Shown here piece by piece: positions 26,059-38,000 of a stretch of 64,000 nt of DNA. Both the position numbers and the translations under genes were made by a program. The notes under the pieces were generated by a model that saw only the letters and a list, made by a program, of their open reading frames with translations, searched no databases and was not told where the DNA came from. The stretch is taken from the NCBI GenBank assembly GCA_965285935.1, contig OZ260664.1:89404001-89468000 (forward strand). The letters run 5' to 3'. The first letter of the stretch is position 1. Each line of letters starts with the position of its first letter. This stretch comes from Ophelia neglecta (Eukaryota).

Positions 26059-29000
26059 ATGGACAGTGGGAGAAAGGAACTCCCTGTGTCGGGTTCAAAT
26101 GCCCCTTCAACATCTCTAGGTAAGCGAAATACTGTGTCAGAGCACAGACCCAGTCCATAGCTTAGAGTCTACTGATCTCTGCATTTGAATACGTAATTTA
26201 GCCTGTAAATATACGGTTGGTCACTTTGCACGAGTTTTAATGTGAGAACTGTTTCAGACAGTGCCACCGGGCATGAGCCGCCATACCCTGACCCAGCAAC
26301 ATGTGAACTAACTGATGAAGAAAAGTATTCATTTTTAAGTTCTAAATGGGAAGAGGAACACATCTGGAGGTTTGACTTTCCTCCACGGTTAGTATCACAT
26401 ATATGATACCACACGAGCTATGTATAGAATAAAGACGGAAAAATCAAGCTTAAAACGCTATTTATGGCAAAGTAAATAGTTGACAGTAGTATGATTGTTT
26501 GGTTTAATTGGTTGTGTAACAAGAATAGAATGGGATAGCATTTATTAATTACGTCGTGTGACACGCGGGCTGGGGGTGGGGGTCATAGGGATGAGTAGGT
26601 TACATTGGCTCTTCTCATAATCAGCTAATTTACTTAATTTTTATAAACACATAAATGTTTGGCCTGACATGAATAATATATGTAATTATTTAAACCTATA
26701 CCAAAGAACAAAACAGGAATGTAAGTTGGTTTTCAGATACGCCAGTTTAAACATAGCTGGGATGTTTGTTTGTTTTTTTTTTGGGGGGGGGGGAGGGGGG
26801 AAGGGGGTGGGCACCGGTCATGGTAAAGGGTAAGGATCCTACTTTAGTTGCCAATACTGAATAATCAGCACGGCACTCAAACCATCAAAAATTCCACTTT
26901 TTCAATCCACGTGTAATTTAAGAAGGGGGTCCTTCTACCTTATTTCAAAAACTGAAAGACAAAATGAGTGTTATATGTGCTTATTAAAACGTTACTGATT
27001 TCCCGATCTAAATACACAGTTGAGAGCTGATTGTTTTCGCACATCTTGTACAAACTTGATAACGTACAGTATATGGCAGAATATTTTACAAAATTGGGAT
27101 ATTTTTATGCGTTTGTTGGAATATAACCTCATGGATACTGCACTTTTTAGAGCAGGCGAAGGCTAAATACGACAGTGGATACACTATAAACCAAACAAAA
27201 TATTTAATTAATGTTAATTCATTAAATAGGTTCGAAATCACAAGGAATGATGGACCAAGCTCTCATAATTGTGAGACTAAAACAGGATGCAAATTGTGGC
27301 CGTGTTATCATATTAAAGAACAAGCGCTTGCTCCCTCATAAATGCATATACTGATTTATATAATAATATTATTTGAGACATGAAACTTGGTTTCCTAAAA
27401 TCATGTCACCTAACATCCTTTTAAATGGTATTTGTCCTGACCTCTTTTTTTTAGGCATTAAACAGACTTAGTCAGTCAACATTGCAGAGATTTATAATAC
27501 GTGGCTATCCTAAACCTGTTGACCAAGGTTCCTTTAATTAATGCAGGGAAGTGATCATCTTGCACTGTGGATTCTTAATGTACAGTAAAACCTGTGAATA
27601 AAGACCATCCAGGGACTGAAAAATGCTGGTCTGATTTTGGAGGTGGTCTGCTTAGACAGGTTATTAAATATTGAAAAATTATGTCAGGGTCCTCATATAA
27701 AGTGTCTGAATTGGCAGGTGGTCTGATTATAGAGGTGGTCTTTAAGACAGGTGTCACTGTATATATCCCCCAAATAATATGAGTAGTCACAGTTTAATAT
27801 CTGTGTTTCAGTAATTACATTTCATCTTGAATGATTTTCTGTCTGCTTGTCATTGTTCAGGCGGCGGGGCAAGAAAACTATGAAGCTTCAGCCACATTGG
27901 CTTACAGACTACCCATTGTTGCGGTATTCAGTGAGCGAGAATGCTGTCTACTGTGTTTACTGCCTGCTATTTGGGGAGGAAGATCAAACATTCGGTCGGT
28001 CTGCAGGTTATAAAGATTGGTCTAACCTGAAGAAGCGTATAGACAGTCATATTAAAGAGGGTTCCCCTCATTATCATTGCATGAATGAGGCTGAAACTTA
28101 TTTAAAGACATTTGGCAACGTTGGCGCCATGAAAAATGAGAAGGATGTAAACGAGGAGGTGGGTACAATAACACTCGAAGATGACCAGTCCGATTTGATG
28201 GAGGACCTCCAGGGAGACAACACAGAGATCAATAGAGAGGTGAGTGGTCTTTACAAGTATACCCTGGGCCCGCTCCCAGGAAGCAGTCTTAGCGCATCAC
28301 CTGAATTAAAATCAGGATAGAATTAAAGTGATTAATCATTAAGTCGAATAGGTTCTCATCCTAGATACACCTGCCGTTTATATTACCACTAGCTTACTAG
28401 TTTATTAACTTATCTCTGATGTGCACAAGGTATTTCTAGAAATCTGCATTATGTTGTTATGTTCCTACATGTGTCTTTCTCATTAATTGTACAGTTGAGG
28501 CTGGCGAGCATGACGTCCTTTTGTGTAGATCGGTTTGTCGTGCTTCCATTTCCTCAACTGTTTTTAGCACTTCATATATACATGCGTGCTTGATGTACAG
28601 CCACCTCATGTCGCCCTTCATCCCATCACCTCACCTCATCCATTGCATGCTGTTTAACCTAATGTTCTGTATGTTGATATGTTGGAAATTACCGATTTTA
28701 AGCCATAGGCTTTTGTAAGATCCAACATAGAAAAAAAATAAATAAATAAATAAATATGTTTAAACCAAAGTGATTAATCGGTTTCAACTTGCTGATATGG
28801 GTTTCTGGAATCTGGAGTTTTGTCCTTATCCCGACCATTTTGGTCTTAACCTTAATCCTGGTCAATGGAATCACCAATTAACGAGTTCTCTGTTAATCTA
28901 ATCCCTAAACTTAAGACCGGCTTTAGAAACCAGGCCCTCAAGTTCACCCAACTGTTGCTCCTTGTGAAAATGACATGAATCTACACTAGTAAATTCTTGT

Positions 29001-32000
29001 GCTTACATAATCCGAAGAAACATTTTAATCATTTTGTTTACTAGACAAGTAAAAGCATTCAGTATTAATTTAATACTCAATGCAAATGTTCCAAATGGCA
29101 GTTTGGCAAAAGGCCAAAGACTTACCAAAAGAGCAAGTCAACAGATACAGCTAAAATAATACTTCAAAATAAATAAACACCATGCACAAAGGCCAAAGAC
29201 AGAAGAGAAAACGGTTTTATTTGCATTTGTTTGCGGAATGGTAGCATGCAAATGGCAAATCTCAATGGCATTACGAAGCTTCGCACACAATTGACATGCA
29301 GCATTGTTTTCTATTCGGAGCTTTGTATTAAATAATGGCCGAATCGCTTTAATTTTTATTTCGATTGTTCTTAAATGACAAAAACTGTATCATTTTCATA
29401 ATCAGTGCTTATGTAATTTGGTTGCTGGTGGCAATGATTAACGCTGTTTAAGTTAAAAATAATTAACAAGACAGTCGCTTGATTTTATTTGATCTGTGTC
29501 GAGGTGATCATTCCGATAGCCAACGCCAAAGTCGGACTTCCCGGACAGGGAGTATGCTTACAATCTTAAACACGCCGGTTTTTCTGTCTGGTTCTGACTA
29601 GACATGTGAAATTATTAATTGATTCTTTTAGGCGGCCGTTTTAAACAGATATGAGCATTTTATCTGACAATTGAAATAAGAACCAAAAATAAATCATGTC
29701 TCTTGGACAAAATCGCAATATTCATCAGCCAAACTGCGTTATAAAAGTAAATCTATATGTTTAGGCTACTATTTTTTAAACGCTTTTGAAACAAAATGCA
29801 CATTAAACGCGTGGCATGATAATGAAGTTATGACAGAACTTTATATCTATTATTTTTTAAATAATAGGTGGTTCATAAAAGAAGTTTGATTAGTGTAACC
29901 TACAATGCATAAATACAATCTAATAATATTAAACACGGGTTTAATATATTCTATATGTTTTAATTTCTGTTAAAGAGCCAAGGATTTCAATTCTCAATAT
30001 TGCTCGCAAATATAAAAATGTCAAAGTCAAGTCAATCTTTAGAATTTGTTGACATGCTACTAATTAAAAAAAATAAGTTTTGTTTGTAATTGCGATAGTG
30101 CCTTTCCCATGAACAAAAACGGGAGTAGATGTAAAAGTTCCTCGCATACTAAACAGGAAATGGTGTTAAATATCCTCGATAGTGCGCTTAGATGGACAGA
30201 CTTAAATGAAGATATGTTAGTAATAAAAGTTGAGCAATGTAACATGATCATGAATAATGTCAATTTTATTTCAAACAGATTGTCAATCTAACTAACCAAC
30301 TTTGATAGATAGAGCATAGTTTCTTCTTTGCCCTGAAAGACTGAGACTGAATAGATTTAATGTTATTATAGTTTGCATCCTGGCCGGCTGTGGCCTCATG
30401 TCCGGGGTAGCACCAACTCCTTTGTATGACTACCTATATTGGTCTTTAACGCTTGGTGCCTGAAGAGATGCCACGGTCTCTTGGTTTCATATCATTGATT
30501 CCACTGCTAACAAGGTTAATCCATGTCGTCCTGCTAACATCATCAAGACCTGTAATGGGTTTGTTGCTAGAGTTTAAGCTTGGCTCATGCTAGCACAAAC
30601 AGCCAAAACAAACATTAACAACGGTGTCAGGAGTTGTTCAAGTCGGCAAAGGCAATTTGTATAATTCAAGACCCAAAATAGTTAAATTTGTCCGGGAAAT
30701 TTGCAATAAAACGGTAAGTATGACAGCTGACTGGTATCTGCCGCAATCGAGGGGCGTAGTATCTATGTAAATAGCAAGTTATCAGAGAGCTTGCCGAGCA
30801 ATGCGGCCTGCTGCACAATTGCATTCTCACATATCTACCGATATTTTCAAGCAAAAGCAATACGATTAACAAACTTTTGATTAACATATTATGTTGGTGT
30901 CATGTTTTGGCATACTGAAGCATTCTACGAGTTATCTTTATTAGGTAGATGAACGCTTCAGGTCAAACAACAGCCAAGATGGAGATGGAGACACTGGCAC
31001 AGACAACGGAGAAGAGTGCTACACTGATGATGATATAGGTGAATTAGACAATGAAACAATAAATAGGTGGAGAATGAAACACCTAGAGGAGGAATCTAAA
31101 CCTGCCTATTATCCCATGCAAGAGGCCATAGCTGAAAAAATAGTCGATAGAATAGAAAGTATTCTTCGGTTATACCATGACAAATGTCTGTCAGACTTCG
31201 ATGACTTTGAATATCAGATTTATACCGCAAAATTCAGTATGTTGGAAGAACAAACTGAAAAGAGGGTGTGTGCCAGGATGGCAGCATGTTTTCATGACAG
31301 TGTTTATCAGGATCCGGCATATGTCAGGGACCTAGCAAAACAAAGGGTTCAAAAATATGTGTTAGGTAAAGCCGAAATAATCAGAAACGAGCAGCTGTTT
31401 GAGCTGGCAAAAGCTAAACCGAAGACTTTCTTTCTAATAGTAGCTGATGAGGCTCATTGGGGAGTTGGAAAGCCGGGGGAAAACGAAACTGGTCAAGATG
31501 GAGAACACATGGCATATGCGAACACTTCGAAAGCTGGGGCACATGGCAAACTCATCAACTGCTGGACTAACGAATTCCAGAATGTTATTGTCTTGTTAGT
31601 CACTGCTACTGGGTTTAATCTGAAAAGTCAAGATTCCCGACTATGGCATCAACAAGATTTTATCAGGATTCGATCAAAAGCAAGTAACAAAAATGCAACA
31701 GGGAATGACCAGCTTTATTTAGTTACAAAGGAAAGAGCTGTCTATATTGATAATAAAACTGACAAACCAGTCAAAATAGAGAATAGCGAGGTAATGGAAG
31801 ACAAGTTGCACTGTGTGAAATGGTCTGAGGGGCACCGGGATAAGCTTCTTCAGGGTATGGTGGTTAGACTGCGTGTACCAAACATGGAAGGACATGAACC
31901 TATATGGTTCAAACAAATATCTAAGAAAACTAGTGGTGAAATTCAACCGGTCTGCGTGACACATGAGGAAGACGAGTCTTTGGAACTCATCATGACTGGT

Positions 32001-35000
32001 AGGGATAGAGATAATGTCGAAATCAAAGCATACAACAGCAATTGCCAAATGATAGCATACAGAGCCAAACGGTCTATAGGTGCTCAGCATCAACTTGGAT
32101 TTATTGAGGTTAGTACTCTGCAAAAGTTTGAAAAGGGAAATGATGTGTGCAGCAAATTCAGAGTTCACATGATATGCGGTGAAGACATTTTAGAGCTTGA
32201 AGCGGTCAGTGTGACCCGTGGATACCTGAAGTATGAAAACAAACAAGAATGCATAGCTTTAGGTCGCCGCCCAACCGATGAAGGATTTGAAGACCTTGGC
32301 CTAGCAATTCATGGCTGCGAGTACACATTCATCGTGGACTATTATGCCGAGCATCACATGCTAAAAGGCGCACAGAAACAACAAATGCAATACCTATCTT
32401 TGAACTTCTTCTACAACACCATGCGCAACAGAAAGAAGGACGAACAGTTGATCAGAAGTGACAAAGACTACATTAGTATGATAAAAGGCATGGTGAAGTC
32501 ACAGAAGATAGATACTAACAGTAAAACTATTTTGAATGACACGTTGAATGACTATATGGCCGCTGAATATTCCTATTACATTTTGATGCAAAAGTTATTT
32601 TCCCGGTGTAAATTAGCAGCACTTTCCGTTGATCTCTTTGATAAAAACCCTGGCCAAGCTTTTGGACCTGGTTATGTTAAAAGGGTGGATACATTGATAC
32701 ATGACTTCCTTGAGAAATTGTTTAAATACTGGGAGAAGTTACCAAGCTCTGGGAATCAAATTCTTCCCATTGAGGCTGAAATATTTCAAAAGTGGTATGC
32801 ACTTTTATGTCAAAGAAGTAGAGATGATTTAAAAATGAAATTGAAACACCGTGACGATAAAGAAACAGCAAATGCCTTGATCAGATGTTTGCTTTTCCAT
32901 GGTTCTTCAGAGATGAATAGTTTAAAATTGTGCTTAAAGGGGTACAGTGCTCTTTGTCATGAACTGCTTCAAAGGAAGTGCAATACTTTTCAGGCCACTA
33001 AGACAGACATACTTGCAGAATCAGAAACTTACAGGATTGTTAATAGCGTATGCAGAAAACAAAAGCTTGTTGTAGTTCGGGTCCACAAAAATATTCGGAA
33101 ATCTGCAAGGAGCTCTCCCGGAAACAGGTTATACAAGACCATCACCATTGCCAGGGACATTGCTTACGGTAAAACTTTTGAATTTGAAGTGATACGAGAT
33201 TTTGGAGAATTCACAGTGAGCACGGTAACAGAAGATGTGACGAGCCAGAAGTACAGAATTCACCGACGACTACAACCTGAAATATGCCAATATGAAGATG
33301 CCAGGTTTTCAAAGTGCAACAGGGGCCCGCGTGGAGAGCCATGTAATGACTACAAGCCAGTGGCGCCAGATCCCACATGTCAGAACTGTGCTCTTAAGCA
33401 CACTAGTGACTCTGAAGCGGGGCAATGTTTAGACTACAAACCAGTGGCACCAACTCTCACATGTCAAAACTGTAACCACAAACACAAAGTAATCAAGGAC
33501 TACAATGATCTAAACACCCTACCTTGCATCCTGATTCTTGTTGACAAAGGGAGACTAGGAGACACATTTCCAGAAAGTTTCTGTGCACTGGATCAAAGGC
33601 AGCAATTCAATTATACCAAAATGATAAGTACCAAAGAAAGGAAGTCTGATTTATATTTGTCCCGTATAATGCAAGAACTTGGACGACTTTGTCGCTATGC
33701 TTACAGACCTGGACAGATATTACCAAACCATCAGGCGTCATCTTATACTGATCTGCCATATGCTCTGGTTGGGGAAAAGCTATTCAATTATCTTGTAGAG
33801 TCACTAAAAAAAGTTCCTGTGTTTTATGGCTATTTCGCAAAGAAAGGTGACCTAGATGCTTATGTAAAATCATCTAAGTCTAGTAAACCAAATGCATCAA
33901 ACATCCAGACGGGAAACAAAAGCACAAAATCCCCAGCGACAGAGCCAGAGAGGGACGAGGATGACCTTCGTGAAAAGGTTACCAAGTTGGAGGCAAACGT
34001 TAGAAGTTATGATTTCGGAAACACAGAAAAACACACAAACAGGCTGTTACTAGAAGCTGAGCCTCAAATTGGTAAAACAGGCGTTTATCTGAAAACTGTG
34101 AGCATATTGAGAAAGAAAATTTGCAAGGAAAAGGAAATTGAGTATATCGAGCAATACGATTCGTCTGATGAAGAAGATAAAGAGGAAATGATGACAGAAC
34201 CTTCTCTTCCTGCCACATATGAAGTAGGAACAACGAATGAAAACGCAGACCTATGGAGATATCCTTACTGGAGGGACATGGAATCACAAAAACTCCCAAA
34301 AGTGGGACCGGGAAAGTACGATCGTACAATTGGATCTGCACATTCACCTGGAGGAAAAGAAAAAACTGAAAATGTGTTTCAGAAAGACAGAAAAGGACAC
34401 AAACAGGAAGGAAGAACCATCGAACACGATTTTGAGCAAGATCAATTTAAAGCTTACAATTACACCCACAGTTGCCCAAAGTGCAGGATACATGAATTAG
34501 GCAGGCAGATCAGTAAACGCGTGAAAATTGAGCCTTCTGGTAGAATTGATGACTCATTTCATGTGAATGTTAGTATTCCAGATTTGAAAGAATATGAGGA
34601 TGTACAAACGTTAGTTAACCCAGATGAGTCCCAGAGAAAAATCACATCACAGACATTAAAAACTGATACATCCCTTGAAAGCTGGATATTTACGTCATCT
34701 TACAAAAGGCACAATGATGCTACCGTGAATTACAGACATACTATGGTACTCGAAGAGAACAGTGCCAAATGTCACTATGTCCACTTCCTAGTGGTGAGGA
34801 GGGAAGAGTACCCTCTTTACTGTAGTTACTGGGGAAGTTCACACGGGATTATAGAGCTGCCTGAAGACATTTCCGTCAAGGGTGATGATGATGTCGTGAA
34901 AAAGGTAGATGCCGAAAGCGGCGGCATTGGCTATTCCCGTCTAGTCATTCAGATGTTCGCAGCACAATTGGGTTGTAAACATATTTTCATGATAGATGAT

Positions 35001-38000
35001 AATGTAATGTCCATTCATGAAATAACCACGCAGTGTGGTGACGACGGACAGGAGAGAATATTGAGAAAAGGCCGGCATCTACAACTCAAAAATGTTCCAT
35101 TTTTCAAAGCTCTGAAGCATATAGAGAACCAACTGTGCCATCCTAAAGACAAAGCGGACAAAGTCATGCAACTTGTAGACAAAGAAAAGGCATATGATCA
35201 TGGTGTGCCATTAGAAGGGCTAGAGGGTTATACCGGAAGTTCAGACAAATATGCCGTACTTGGCTGCTTAAAAGTCAGACGAGGCGTCCTTCATGTAAAA
35301 CAACCATTTAAGAAAACTTATGTGTCTTCTCTCGTTTTGCTAAACCTGCTCTCACTCAGGGAAAAAAACATCCAATACGATTTAAAGGAGAAATCATTCG
35401 AAGATGTGCATCTGTGTCAAAGATGCGACGAACGGGGCCTGTGGTCGTGCAAGTACAACCGATTTGTAATGCGGAAACTGAACTTAAAATCCCACATCAT
35501 TAGTGATATGTTCTATTGGCCAGAAGATGTGAGGCTGTCATCATACATTAAAGCAACCCATAAGCTGCCAGATGAGGAGGATGAAAGAAATAGGTTTCTT
35601 AGTTGGGTTGAATCCAAACATCCTCCGTCAAATGTTCAACAGTACCTACCTCATGAAAAAAAGGGTAGCGCGGTAGAAGTATGGTGTAAAAAGTTCAAGT
35701 CAATCGCAAAAGACAATGCCCAGTTGCATTTATTGCTATACCTTAACAACAATAAGTCACTAGTACAACTCCACGAATACTTCAAACGTACATGTGGAAT
35801 TGGTGGTTTTGATCAGCATATCATTCTCTTTTCGGAAGTATTCTGTCGAGCCAATGAATTACTTTGTTACCAAGACTTTGTTTGTAAACTTATAACGCCT
35901 GTGTTTGAAGAACAAACCAAATGTGTTGTGATCTCTACTCACAGCATTGAGCACTACACTGTCAGATACATAGTCCTTCTCATCACAGGAAAAAGTAAGT
36001 AAATTTGATATATAATAACGAATCTAAATGTAATAACATGTAACTCATTCCATATTGTTCTTGATGATGTATATCATATCATTTCCCTGAATGTTAATCG
36101 TCTAACTTTAAATGAATATTTGCTATAACTTTGCAGTTTCTGATCCTCTGGACAATGATGCTCTGTCTAATGTCATCGTAACACCCTCAGACTCCACGCC
36201 AGCGCAAATCATTGTAACAATACCCGATTCACCTGAAGAAGGAGAGCAAGAGAAGTAAGTTACAAAAGAATCCCTTCCATGGCCATCGATGTAATACACT
36301 GTCCAATTATTTCTGTCCGTTTCGTGCGATTATGAAATATCTACATTTAGACAATATCGAACGCAACTGATCCTTATTACGATACTCTGAAGCCGAAAAC
36401 CAGACTTCTGCTGAATGAGAATTGCTAATCAGCTACTCACATAATCATTTTACACTACATGCTGTTATTAATGCGAGTTTAAATAAGTCTTCCCCTTCCC
36501 ATTCCAAACTTAAAAGTGAATCCATCTCTCCTTTACTAGTTATGTTCCATCTTGCCGGGTCTGTGTATGCCGGCTCAAGGCTGAAAGCAGTGTTCAAAAC
36601 AACTTCAATACTAAAACACCTGGGAAGTGTTATACAGAATACTCGTAGGCTTTAGTACTTATTATTTCTAAAGGAAAGAGATACAACTTTCTCAAGTCGA
36701 GTGTTATACTTACATTACGTCAATAGCCCGTTTTAAACTGTAGAGTCATAATCAACGTTCGGTAATTGGAACACCAGGGTTACATCAGACAGAAGACACA
36801 AGGTTTTACAAATACCATGGGCCCAAACTCGAGTTGTCATGATGGGGAGTGTTAAGGTCATACAGAGCCCAAAGAAACTTTTCCTTAGCTACTCACAAAA
36901 AAGAAATTATAAATCGCCAAGCAGCCAACTGAAACCTTAGTAGAGCAGCTAAAACCTAAAACAAAATAAGTAAATAGAAACGAGAGTGGATGTTATTATA
37001 ATCTTTCGCAAAGTGGCGACTTTCGTTTTGATTTATTTTGAAATGATGTTTCGATGATCACCGACACTCCTATGGAGAGATTCAATGGTCTGCCCACATA
37101 CTGGAAACCGCACTCATTGCAAGTTATTAGAAAACTAGTTTTAATTGTATGAAAACTAATAGGAAAAGAAGAACAAACTGAATGTGTATTTTTGTGAACA
37201 AGCACTGGAAAACTGGTGATGCCCCACGACTACCCACACCACTACATAAGGACGAGACAGCCATCAATTTATCGAGAAGTGTGGTACCTGTATGTGGAGA
37301 CGGCCGCTCTCTGTTTAGGTGCATTGCCGCATAAAAGCTGTCCACGGCAATTTAAATTGATAAACCCACTTCAAATTCACCTTTGGACATAACATAGGTA
37401 TCTGTTGCTTTTGAACCAAATCCAAACTACCGCGGTTTACAATATTAAGTTAGTCGGGGCAAACACCATTTTACTTTGTTTAGGCATGTATTGTGGAAAA
37501 ATTTCACCTGTCATGTTACATTAATAAGGAAGCCTTATGTTCTGTCACAAACTCTTTATAGCAATTATGTGTGCAAAACAGGGATAGAAATAATTTAAAC
37601 TCAGTTCTTCCAAAGCACACTTGTCTATGTCCTATGTTCACCATTTATTCGTTTGCACGGTTGTTTGACTCTTTCATATATTTTCATGTGGGTCATTTTT
37701 TTCTGTCATGAATTGCAGCCACTGCGCGTTTTTCGCAATTCACGCATATAATGTAAGAAAATATTACAGAAACATGCTTTCTTTGACGTCTGATTTTTCC
37801 TTGCAGCAGCCAGGATTCCCCACCACTTCAGACTCCACTACATGTAGAAGAGACAGCCGTCAATTCTTCGACCAAGGTGGTACTTATTCGTGGAGACGGT
37901 CGCTGTTTGTTTAGGTGCATTGCGGCATACGGTTTGCCATTTACAGCGGTGAACCGCGAAACTAGGGAGGAATGCATAGCCGACAAAATAAGGCAGCAGG

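Noticed and set aside
28266-28936. Possible Harbinger-type MITE (GGGCC...GGCCC ends)
   Set aside because: The TIRs are too degenerate and there is no matching TSD.
31074-36002. Treating the 1642-aa ORF as a standalone prokaryotic or viral-type gene
   Set aside because: The frame is open upstream to an AG acceptor at 30944, and a GTAAGT donor at 35995 precedes the stop; both are in phase with neighbouring exons.
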